The translations under genes and the position numbers were made by a program. The notes below the pieces were generated by a model. That model did no database searches. It saw nothing but the letters and a program-made list of their open reading frames with translations, and had not been told where the DNA came from. A DNA stretch of 64,000 bases from Candidatus Zhuqueibacterota bacterium (GTDB taxonomy: Bacteria > Zhuqueibacterota > Zhuqueibacteria > Residuimicrobiales > Krinioviventaceae). Positions within the stretch are counted from its first letter, which is position 1. The number at the start of each line of letters is the position of its first letter. The stretch spans positions 675 through 64,674 of the forward strand of contig JAFGSB010000126.1 in the NCBI GenBank assembly GCA_016934825.1, written 5' to 3'. Below, one piece after another: positions 1 through 9,012 of the stretch.

Positions 1-378
1 AAGAATTTCAGGTGTATCAAAGCTATCTATATGGACTTCTTCGTCAATTTCCCGCAACATGCTTGTAACAATCGGGTCATTACCGTTCGAGTCGATTCTG
101 TCGATGTGACCGCCGATTCCCCAGGACCACTTACCACGCAGCCTTTTCTCGGTATAATCGTCTTGGGAGGCCCGCTGGTATGCAAATATTTTATTGCTCC
201 GGGTATTCATAATAATACAATAAGCGATAGGTTGTTTAAATTCGGGTCGAGTTTCAACCCATCCTCTTTTTTTATAATGATAATGATTATTGATAATTTT
301 TTTGTAATTGATTTTATTTGCGGGAGCAAAACCCTGAAAATAACCGTCGGCAAATAAAGTGGCGCGGTCCACAACCAT
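1..378 (-). CDS. Nudix-family hydrolase, N-terminal 126 codons (gene runs off the left window edge)
   Basis: Not in the ORF track because it is open at the window edge. Manual translation of the minus strand from ATG at 378 gives MVVDRATLFADGYFQGF...RLRGKWSWGIGGHIDRIDSNGNDPIVTSMLREIDEEVHI. GGH...REIDEEV resembles a Nudix box (REUxEE). The listed ORFs 31..357(+) and 207..392(-) translate to low-complexity junk. Confidence 0.5.
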   Translation of the reverse strand, partial: MVVDRATLFADGYFQGFAPANKINYKKIINNHYHYKKRGWVETRPEFKQPIAYCIIMNTRSNKIFAYQRASQDDYTEKRLRGKWSWGIGGHIDRIDSNGNDPIVTSMLREIDEEVHIDSFDTPEIL

Positions 379-448
379 AATTTCTTTTTCAAATTTATCC
401 AAAATTACTCCAGTCTATTCAAAATGAAAATATTTATGTATCCCAAAA

Positions 449-1786
449 TCAGGACGATAATAAATTTTTTCTCAAATCTTCATAACCCGGCCTGCCCAGC
501 AGGGCAAACATATTCTGTTTATAGGCTTCAACTCCCGGTTGATTAAACGGATTGATACCCAGCAAAAGTCCGCTGATTGCCACGGCATATTCAAAAAAGT
601 AGAAGAGCTGGCCCAGATAATATTCGTTCTTTTCGGGCAGGGTTATCGTCATATTGGGCACCCCGCCGCTGTAATGAGCCAGTGCTGTTCCACGGTATGC
701 CTGGTAATTCACTTCAGCCAGTTCCATACCGGCAAGATAATTTAAACCGTCCCTGTTTTCGTTTGTATCCGGAATTTTTACATTTTTTACCGTTTGTGCA
801 ATATTCAAAAAAGTCTCGAAAAGTATACGTTCGCCATCCTGGATATACTGACCTATAGAATGTAAATCCGTTGTAAAAATCGTACCGGCCGGGAATACGC
901 CTGTCCCCTCTTTTCCTTCGCTCTCGCCGTATAACTGTTTCCACCATTCACCGATATATTGTAGAGCGGGATCAAATGATGACAAAACCTCAATCTTTTT
1001 TCCATGTTGATAAAGCAGGTACCGTGAAACCGCATAGGTCAGAACAGGATTATCCAGCACGCTGTTGTTTTCTTTACATAACCGGGCAATTGATTTCGCT
1101 CCTTCGATTAAAGCATTTACATCGTATCCCATAGCAGCTATGGGCAAGAGCCCGACCGGAGTGAGAACTGAAAATCGTCCGCCGACGTTATCAGGAATAA
1201 TAAAAGTGCGGTACCCTTCCGCATCGGCCAATTCCCGCAGAACGCCTCTCTGTTTATCGGTAGTGGCGATGATCCGTTGTTTAATTTTTTTCGGATCGTC
1301 AAACCAGGATTTCATTTTGTCAAGAATGATCCTGAAAGCAATGCCGGGTTCAGTAGTTGTCCCGGATTTTGATATGACATTCACGTAAATATTTTTACTT
1401 TTGACATAATCCAGCATATCCGCAATATAATCTGAACCTAAGTGATGCCCCAGAAACAAAATCTTTTCCTTTTTAAATGGCGAGGACAAAAATTCAATTG
1501 TCGCTTTCGCCCCCAAATAACTACCGCCAATGCCGATACAAATCAAATAATCGGCGTTGTTTTTGATTTCGTCGGCAACTTTTAATAACTTGTCGAGTTC
1601 CTCCTGATTGATATGAAAGGGTAAATCCATCCATCCCAGGTAATCGTTTCCGGGACAGGCGCCGTTTTGCAGACTTTTATTAACACTATCTACTTTTGTC
1701 TGCATGGTTTTCAAAACTTTATGATTGATATAATGTTTTAACAGTTCAATATTCAAACTGATATTCTTATTTATATCCATTTTCAT
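449..1786 (-). CDS. pgi: glucose-6-phosphate isomerase
   Basis: 445 aa with the PGI/SIS signature GIGGSYLGAKA, plus LYGESEGKEG and a GINPFNQPGVE C-terminal motif. Confidence 0.9.
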   Translation of the reverse strand: MKMDINKNISLNIELLKHYINHKVLKTMQTKVDSVNKSLQNGACPGNDYLGWMDLPFHINQEELDKLLKVADEIKNNADYLICIGIGGSYLGAKATIEFLSSPFKKEKILFLGHHLGSDYIADMLDYVKSKNIYVNVISKSGTTTEPGIAFRIILDKMKSWFDDPKKIKQRIIATTDKQRGVLRELADAEGYRTFIIPDNVGGRFSVLTPVGLLPIAAMGYDVNALIEGAKSIARLCKENNSVLDNPVLTYAVSRYLLYQHGKKIEVLSSFDPALQYIGEWWKQLYGESEGKEGTGVFPAGTIFTTDLHSIGQYIQDGERILFETFLNIAQTVKNVKIPDTNENRDGLNYLAGMELAEVNYQAYRGTALAHYSGGVPNMTITLPEKNEYYLGQLFYFFEYAVAISGLLLGINPFNQPGVEAYKQNMFALLGRPGYEDLRKNLLSS

Positions 1787-1842
1787 GACTCCTGTTGTAC
1801 TGCAAGTGACTGAATTTTCGGATTAATAAAATAATAAACATA

Positions 1843-3615
1843 TCAGGCTTTTCTTATAGCGGCAAAACTTTTAAAGGCTTGTATGAACAGCAATATTGAA
1901 ACAACAACAAGTAAAATACCGACGATTACAAGTGAATAATGTTTATTCTGGATATTTTGATAGATCAGCGTGACCAGTGCCGTTAAGGTAACCACATACA
2001 TAAAATACATCGGGATTTTTGTAAACCAGTTCGGTTTTTTTAAAAAAGACAACCAGGCAGTAACTGCTAACAGAGCAAGCGAAGCGAGCAATTGATTTGC
2101 CGAACCAAATATCGGCCACAGGGTATCCGATGAACCGGTAAAAATAAAAACGGCACTAAAGATTACCGATAATAGCGTACCGATAAATCTATTCGTCGTC
2201 AGGATCGACTTTTTCCTGCCGCTTACGTCAAAGAATTCCTGAAAAGTAAATCGTGCCAATCTTGTACAGGTATCAAGCGTTGTTAAAGCGAAAGCGGATA
2301 CGGCCAAACCGGTAAAAGTCACTCCGGCATTCTCACTAATACCCACTAAAGGAATTTTGGCCATAAATCTGCCGATTCCTTCGGAAAATAAAGTAATATA
2401 ATCTTTATTCTGTGACAACAAATGATAGCGATCCTGAAGCATTGTTGCGGCCGCCAATAGCGCCAATAAGGCGAGCATGGATTCGATTAACATGCCGCCA
2501 TAACCGATAATTTTGGCATCGGTTTCTTTATTTAACTGCTTGGCCGTTGTTCCGCTTGCGACCAGCGAATGGAAGCCGGATATAGCTCCGCAAGCAACGG
2601 TGACAAAAAGTACCGGAAACAGATAGCCGATATTTGTGTGAAAACGGGTCACTTTTGGCAGAACAATGGATGCATCGGTAAAAAATATTCCGATACCACC
2701 TCCCAACAGCAGGGCATACAATAAAAATGAATTCAGATAATCACGCGGCTGTAATAGTATCCAAACCGGCGTGACGGCGGCAATCGTTACATAAAAAAGT
2801 ATAATAAATATCCAAATATTGTTGGCTTTTTTTTCAGCCCTTTTCACATCATCTGCCGCTTTAGTCAAATTCTTATTATCTAATTTATGATAAATTTCAG
2901 CGGGACTGCTCATTTTTTGTATTTCACCGGATTGAACTAATTCCGCTATGGTTGTTTGGGTAGTTGTTTTTAAAAACTTGTCGTAAATAACAATGGGGTA
3001 TTGGCTGCCTAAATTAATACAGAGAAACAATAAAACAACCCCGATAATTGAAGACGGCAACAATGGTAATTTTGATCTGTAGATACCAAGACCGAATAAA
3101 ATAGCGATCAAAATAAATAAAAAAGAAGATGTTGCGACAGATGGAACGGTTACAAAAGTGGTCGCGACGATTTTAGCAAATACTGCTATAACCAGAATCA
3201 TGGTCAGATACGCAAAAATCATAAAAAGCCTTTTTCCGCGAACGCCCAGATACTCTTCTATAATTTTACCAATGGATACGCCTTTATGCCTGGCAGAGGC
3301 AATCAGGGAAGACATGTCATGAACACCGCCCATAAAAATTCCGCCAATCACAATCCACAGGAAAACAGGCAGCCATCCGAAAACCGATGCTATTATGGGC
3401 CCCAATATCGGTCCGGCGCCGGCGATTGAAGCAAAGTGATGCCCCAGTAAAATCGGCGCTTTTGCCGGGACATAATCAACGCCATCTTTTAATTCATGAG
3501 CGGGGGTATTCCTGTTCGGATCTATATTTAACTTTTTCGCAATGAAGGAACCATATGTTATGTATGCAACGATGAATAAAATAAAACCTGTTACGATAAG
3601 TATAACCGGGCTCAT
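1843..3615 (-). CDS. cstA: carbon starvation protein A (peptide/pyruvate transporter family)
   Basis: 590-aa polytopic membrane protein with the CstA-type motif GHHFASIAGAGPILGP near the N-terminus. Confidence 0.85.
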   Translation of the reverse strand: MSPVILIVTGFILFIVAYITYGSFIAKKLNIDPNRNTPAHELKDGVDYVPAKAPILLGHHFASIAGAGPILGPIIASVFGWLPVFLWIVIGGIFMGGVHDMSSLIASARHKGVSIGKIIEEYLGVRGKRLFMIFAYLTMILVIAVFAKIVATTFVTVPSVATSSFLFILIAILFGLGIYRSKLPLLPSSIIGVVLLFLCINLGSQYPIVIYDKFLKTTTQTTIAELVQSGEIQKMSSPAEIYHKLDNKNLTKAADDVKRAEKKANNIWIFIILFYVTIAAVTPVWILLQPRDYLNSFLLYALLLGGGIGIFFTDASIVLPKVTRFHTNIGYLFPVLFVTVACGAISGFHSLVASGTTAKQLNKETDAKIIGYGGMLIESMLALLALLAAATMLQDRYHLLSQNKDYITLFSEGIGRFMAKIPLVGISENAGVTFTGLAVSAFALTTLDTCTRLARFTFQEFFDVSGRKKSILTTNRFIGTLLSVIFSAVFIFTGSSDTLWPIFGSANQLLASLALLAVTAWLSFLKKPNWFTKIPMYFMYVVTLTALVTLIYQNIQNKHYSLVIVGILLVVVSILLFIQAFKSFAAIRKA

Positions 3616-3982
3616 ATGAATGTCCTTTAAAAAATATAGTTTAAATAATTTAAGATATTCCTCTTATTTTACAATAAAAAAATCATTAAAATATTTATTA
3701 AAGTCGTTTCCGGTTTGGTCCCCCCATAAATTCAATGTATGGAAATAATGTTTACAATATTCAATTAAAATCCGCATTCCCCGCCGGTTATTTAGGCAGA
3801 CTTTTCAGAACTTTGTATTGTGTACCGGGCTATCGCAAACTCTTTCATTTAAAAATAAAAGTTTAATAAAACTTGACTTATTTGAGTATAATATTATATT
3901 AAAAAATCCCGCTTAAATTGAATAATAGTATTGCCCGATTAAATAAATCCGGCACCAAGTAAAATTATTGAGAAGGGATGAC

Positions 3983-4891
3983 ATGTTAAAAGAACCCGGC
4001 TATCTGAACAAGAAAACGGAAAAATGGTTAAAAGCTTTACATATAACCTTTGCTGCCGGTTGTATCGGTAGTCTTTTTTCCATGATTGTTCTTGTTATTT
4101 TGAAAAACAACATCAATACAAACCAAAATCTTTTCAATTTAGATTTTTCCATCTATCATCTGGTCAATACGGTTCTGAATTACTCGTTTTATGGTATTAT
4201 AGTTACCGCTGTCATATACGGTTTATTTACCCATTGGGGTTTCCTGAAATATTACTGGATCATACTGAAATGGTCGGGCGCGATTGCCGCATTTGCTATC
4301 GTTTGGTTCTGGCTTGGACCGGCCGTTAACGGCTGTGTTGCTATATCCGATGCCGGGTTTGGGAGTTCAGCCGCCGCTGCAGAATATGCCCGTTACGGCG
4401 AAAATAGCAGAATCTTTATTTATCTGCAATGTTTTATATTTATATTGCTTGTCTTTATTTCCGTCCTCAAACCATGGGGATTGAGAAAAACCGGCGACAA
4501 TAAAAGAAGGAAAGTGTCACTGATAATATCCATATGTTTATTTGCTTTCCTGTTATCAGGCTCAATTATGCAATATATCAGCTTGAAAAATTTCAGAAAT
4601 ATACCTATCGCCGACATTGATCCACAAACGATAGAAGACGGTACATACAGTGGACAGGCAACATTCGGCGGTTTTACCTACAAAGTTAATATTACGGTAG
4701 CGGAACATACAATCAGGAATATAAACATTATTCAAAATCGAAAAAGTGATTACGCACGATTTGCCGAAGGTGTTATTGCAAAAATAATAAGAACCCAAAA
4801 AACAAACGTTGAAGCGATAACAGGGGCAACCACAACCAGTAAATGTTTATTGAAAGCAATAGAAAATGCTTTGTTACAACCTGCAAAATAG
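3983..4891 (+). CDS. membrane protein with C-terminal FMN-binding domain
   Basis: About 6 hydrophobic helices, then an FMN_bind-like end (GTYSGQATFGGFTYKVNITV...ITGATTTSKCLLKAIENAL). The track start at 3968 is TTG. ATG at 3983 follows a gagaaggga RBS-like stretch. Confidence 0.6.
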   Translation: MLKEPGYLNKKTEKWLKALHITFAAGCIGSLFSMIVLVILKNNINTNQNLFNLDFSIYHLVNTVLNYSFYGIIVTAVIYGLFTHWGFLKYYWIILKWSGAIAAFAIVWFWLGPAVNGCVAISDAGFGSSAAAAEYARYGENSRIFIYLQCFIFILLVFISVLKPWGLRKTGDNKRRKVSLIISICLFAFLLSGSIMQYISLKNFRNIPIADIDPQTIEDGTYSGQATFGGFTYKVNITVAEHTIRNINIIQNRKSDYARFAEGVIAKIIRTQKTNVEAITGATTTSKCLLKAIENALLQPAK

Positions 4892-5178
4892 TTACCATAA
4901 ATCATATAGAAATATACTGAAATTTTCAGAAACCCTCGCTTCTTACCGGGGGTTAAATTAAACGGCATAATATTTGTAATTAAATAAATAAAAATGAATA
5001 AGAATCCCAGATAAGATAATTTCTTTGTATAAAAAATGATTCAAGTGATATTAAAAGTAACTATCCCGATTTATATTAAAAATTTCCATTGTTCAGGTGC
5101 TGAGATCAATGAAATAAACTGTGTATAAGGATATGAAAATTCAAAATGCAACAATAGAATGAGGAGTGAAAGTCAAAA

Positions 5179-7059
5179 ATGAGTTATATTGTCAATCGCA
5201 TTAAAAACAGATTATATCCTGACCCCAAAAGAGTTATCGCACGTTTTTATATTCCCGGTTCATTGGAAAGAGCCGACTCGCTCATCCGAAAAGTTCTGGA
5301 TATGGAAGAAGATGAGGTCAACCAAATTCTCATTCAGCTTTTAAGAAATTTTTCAGCTCGTCACAGGAACATCTCCAAGGTTTTTGAAAAACACTTTAAT
5401 AAAATAATAACCGAATTAAAAAATAACTCCAAAGACTTTCATGGAGTATCCAAGAATAAAAAATTATTAATCGGATCTTACTTTACCAATGAATATTCAA
5501 TCGAATCGGCGGCATTTTTCAATCCGTCCGTGGTCGAACATCCCGATCAAACGGACCTGGAGCCCGGACAAAAAAGGTTTATCGTAAGTTTTCGCGCTAC
5601 CGGAGAAGGGCATATATCATCCCTGGTTTTTCGCAGCGGCACAATTGACAAGGAAAACAATATTGAATTCCATTCTGTCGGTAAAATGCTGGATGAAGCC
5701 GAGGTCATAAAACGACATGTCTATGACAAAAAGACATTTTTGAAAAAACTGGAAGAGATGAATATCCATAAAGACATTGTGTCGATGGTCTTTGACCGGC
5801 TCGGCAACAAGTTCATTTACGGCGAATTACAGGCCAGTATTGAGGAGGTATTAAAAAATATTCAACTCACATACAGTAAAAAACAGGTTATCAAAGAAAT
5901 CAACTGGCTGGCCGATTCGCATTATGAAATAACTTTTTCTTTGGATACCGCTATTTCGGAAAGAGTTATTTTTCCAATATCCTATTCGGAAAGAAATGGA
6001 ATAGAAGATGCGCGATTTGTCAGATTTACTGAAGATGACGGTAAAGCAACCTATTATGCAACTTATACGGCATATGATGGGTTCACCATACTTCCCAAAT
6101 TATTAAAAACCAAAGATTTTTATCATTTTGAAGTCATTCCCATCAACGGTATTTATGCCCAGAACAAAAATCTGGCATTGTTCCCGAGGAAAATAAATGG
6201 CAAATATGTCATGTTATCACGGGTAGACGGCATCAATAATTATATTATGTATTCGGATAAAATAAATCTCTGGCAGAATGCGACAAAAATACAGGAGCCC
6301 GAGTATCACTGGGAATTTATCCAGATCGGGAATTGCGGATCTCCGCTGGAAACGGAATATGGGTGGTTGTTAATGACACACGGTGTGGGCCCGATGCGAA
6401 GATATTGTATCAGCGTTACATTACTGGATTTGGAGGACCCGTCCAACATTATAGCCAGGCTTAAAGAACCCCTGATCATACCGAACGAGGAAGAACGGGA
6501 AGGATATGTACCGAATGTGGTCTATTCCTGCGGCGCTCTGATTCATAATAATGTCCTGTTTATTCCTTATGCCATGTCCGATTATGCCACAACATTTGCC
6601 ACGGTATCCCTCGACATGCTGTTCGATAAACTGAATGAATCCTCACTGCAGGGGAAAAATGTCATTCATAAAAACAACAGAAAATCAATTTTATTGGTGG
6701 ATGATGATATTGCCATACGTAAAGTGATACCCGAGTTATTGAAAAGACACGGTTACCACGTCAAAATTGCTTCGAATGGTGTTGAAGCTTTATTATTAAT
6801 GGACCGGGAAAAATTTGATTTAATTCTGTCGGATATTTTAATGCCCAAACTGGACGGTTATCAATTACTGGAGCATATGAATAAAAAAAATATTAATATA
6901 CCGGTCGTTTTTTTAACCGGTATTGAAACAGACGAAAGCGAAATCAGGAGTTTAAAATTAGGCGCCGTCGACTATATTAAAAAGCCTGTTATAAATGATA
7001 TATTATTGCTGCGGCTGAAAAAACTTTTGGACAGTTACGATAATGAAAAATTATATTAA
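5179..7059 (+). CDS. GH130-family (beta-mannoside phosphorylase-like) protein fused to a C-terminal response-regulator receiver domain
   Basis: The central region shares motifs with the GH130 paralogue at 8083..9012 (EYHWEFIQIGNCGSP / EYHWDEMKIGPGAPP, GWLLMTHGV / GWLNIYHGV, YVPNVVYSCGA / YVHNVVFSCGA). The last ~124 aa (6685..7056) are a receiver: ILLVDDD, LILSDILMP, VVFLTG, DYIKKP. Confidence 0.75.
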   Translation: MSYIVNRIKNRLYPDPKRVIARFYIPGSLERADSLIRKVLDMEEDEVNQILIQLLRNFSARHRNISKVFEKHFNKIITELKNNSKDFHGVSKNKKLLIGSYFTNEYSIESAAFFNPSVVEHPDQTDLEPGQKRFIVSFRATGEGHISSLVFRSGTIDKENNIEFHSVGKMLDEAEVIKRHVYDKKTFLKKLEEMNIHKDIVSMVFDRLGNKFIYGELQASIEEVLKNIQLTYSKKQVIKEINWLADSHYEITFSLDTAISERVIFPISYSERNGIEDARFVRFTEDDGKATYYATYTAYDGFTILPKLLKTKDFYHFEVIPINGIYAQNKNLALFPRKINGKYVMLSRVDGINNYIMYSDKINLWQNATKIQEPEYHWEFIQIGNCGSPLETEYGWLLMTHGVGPMRRYCISVTLLDLEDPSNIIARLKEPLIIPNEEEREGYVPNVVYSCGALIHNNVLFIPYAMSDYATTFATVSLDMLFDKLNESSLQGKNVIHKNNRKSILLVDDDIAIRKVIPELLKRHGYHVKIASNGVEALLLMDREKFDLILSDILMPKLDGYQLLEHMNKKNINIPVVFLTGIETDESEIRSLKLGAVDYIKKPVINDILLLRLKKLLDSYDNEKLY

Positions 7060-7073
7060 ATGAAAAAATCCTG

Positions 7074-8081
7074 TTATTTTAGTATTTCATGATAAACTTT
7101 TAAATAATCATCAACCATCCTGTTATGACTGAATTTTGATTCAGCCCAACGACGACAGTCAATTCTGTTGATCTCCTTTACGTTCCGCACAGCGGATACG
7201 GCCTCATCTATACTGTTTACCAGAAACCCGGTTTTTTCATGTTGAATCAATTCCGGCATTGCCCCCCTGTTAAAGGCAATGACAGGCGTGCCGCATAACA
7301 TGGACTCGACAACACTTAATCCAAACGGTTCGTTAAAATTTATCGGATGCAATAAGGCAACAGCATTGCCGAGCAATTCGTCGCGCTGTTGGGGACCGGA
7401 TGAGCCGATATATTTTATGTCCATACCATCTATAAATGGTTTGACTTTATTAAGAAAATAATTTTCATCCTGTATGATACCGGAAATTATTAGCGGCAGT
7501 TTCACTCTTTGAGCGATCTGTATGGCTTCACTGGTTCCTTTGTCATGATGTATTCTGCCGAAAAAAATCAAATATTTTCCTGCCTGACGCTTAAACGTAA
7601 ACCGGCTTGTATCCACTCCATGATAGACGGTGGCAATATAATTCAATTCGGGATTTTTATCGGCCTGACTAATTGCGACATAGTAAGAAGAGTCATTATA
7701 CCTTTTAAACACCGGAATGATTTCCGGGGAAGAAAAACCATGAATGGTTGTTAATACGGGTGTTTTGATTAATTTCGAATAGGTAAGCGGTAAAAAATCA
7801 AAATGATTATGTATGATATCAAATCTATGGGCCTGTTCCATTAAATGACTGATATGCAGACATTCCCATACTTTGGGATCGAGGTTTTTATTTTCTTCCC
7901 ATGACTTTTCAGCAACATATTCCAGTTTAGCACCGGTTAATGAATCCCCGGTGGCAAAAAGTGTTACATCCACTCCCCTGGCGACAAGACCTTCCGTAAT
8001 TAAAGAAGCGATCTGTTCCCAGGGGCCATAATGACGCGGAGGGGTCCGCCATGCAATGGGGGACAGAACGGCAACTTTCAT
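7074..8081 (-). CDS. GT4-family glycosyltransferase
   Basis: Contains the GT-B/GT4 motif FNEPFGLSVVESMLCGTPVIAF. The likely start is MKVAVLSP (ATG at 8081), 1 nt after the TGA of the upstream GH130 gene. The track start at 8132 would overlap that gene by 50 nt. Confidence 0.8.
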   Translation of the reverse strand: MKVAVLSPIAWRTPPRHYGPWEQIASLITEGLVARGVDVTLFATGDSLTGAKLEYVAEKSWEENKNLDPKVWECLHISHLMEQAHRFDIIHNHFDFLPLTYSKLIKTPVLTTIHGFSSPEIIPVFKRYNDSSYYVAISQADKNPELNYIATVYHGVDTSRFTFKRQAGKYLIFFGRIHHDKGTSEAIQIAQRVKLPLIISGIIQDENYFLNKVKPFIDGMDIKYIGSSGPQQRDELLGNAVALLHPINFNEPFGLSVVESMLCGTPVIAFNRGAMPELIQHEKTGFLVNSIDEAVSAVRNVKEINRIDCRRWAESKFSHNRMVDDYLKVYHEILK

Positions 8082-8082
8082 A

Positions 8083-9012
8083 TCATAAAGCCCTGCGTGA
8101 ATTGTGAATACACAGATCAACCAGATCGTCAATTTGAGCAGTACCTACGCACATGACAGTATCCGCGCCGCCCCAGTAAATTTTGACAGTACCGTCATCT
8201 TCAGGCACGGCGCCGCAACTGAATACAACATTGTGGACATAACCGGTCAGCTCATAAGCTTCTTCCGGCTGTAAAATCCAGTTGTCACCAACCCCGATAA
8301 TAACCGAGGGGTCCGTCAGGTCATGCAGCGCTACCCCCAGGCGGTAAACACTGCCGCCCATTGTTTGGAATACACCATGATAAATATTTAACCAGCCCCT
8401 CCCGGTTTTTATCGGAGGCGCGCCCGGGCCTATTTTCATTTCATCCCAGTGATATTCAAGCGGTTTCATTATCAATTTCGATTCCCCCCAGTATTTTAAA
8501 TCCGGTGAGTAGGAAATCCAGATCGACCAGGGGCATATTTCGGAATGAGGTCTGTCCAGACGGGCGTATAATCCGTTAAATTTCTCCGGAAAAATAACAG
8601 TATTACGGTAATCGGCTTCCGTGATTATTGACAGGCGTTGTACGGATTTAAAATCAATGGTTTTTGCCAGGCCGGTGCGAACACCGAACCTGGAATAAGC
8701 GCTGTATGTTATCAGGTATTCATTTTCGATAAAAGTAATGCGCGGATCTTCCACTCCGTATTCTTCATATATTTTGAAAATCCCATCAACGGCCGGCGTT
8801 AAAAATGGTTCCGCAGATACTTTAAAATCATAGCCGTCCTTACTTTCAGCCAGACCGATTATACTCCGGCCGTTCAATAAATGTGAACGAAACAACATTA
8901 TGTATTTATTTTTAAATTTTGTCACCCCGGCATTATGAATCGTGGCCACCGGGTAAGGTACCTGCCTGTTAGTTAAAACCGGATTCCTGGTATATCTTTT
9001 GACTATAGGCAT
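8083..9012 (-). CDS. GH130-family glycosidase/phosphorylase
   Basis: 309 aa with an NPVL N-terminus, GVEDPRI, and the EYHWD...GWLNIYHGV...YRLGVALHDLTDP pattern typical of GH130 (DUF377) five-bladed propellers. Confidence 0.8.
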   Translation of the reverse strand: MPIVKRYTRNPVLTNRQVPYPVATIHNAGVTKFKNKYIMLFRSHLLNGRSIIGLAESKDGYDFKVSAEPFLTPAVDGIFKIYEEYGVEDPRITFIENEYLITYSAYSRFGVRTGLAKTIDFKSVQRLSIITEADYRNTVIFPEKFNGLYARLDRPHSEICPWSIWISYSPDLKYWGESKLIMKPLEYHWDEMKIGPGAPPIKTGRGWLNIYHGVFQTMGGSVYRLGVALHDLTDPSVIIGVGDNWILQPEEAYELTGYVHNVVFSCGAVPEDDGTVKIYWGGADTVMCVGTAQIDDLVDLCIHNSRRAL

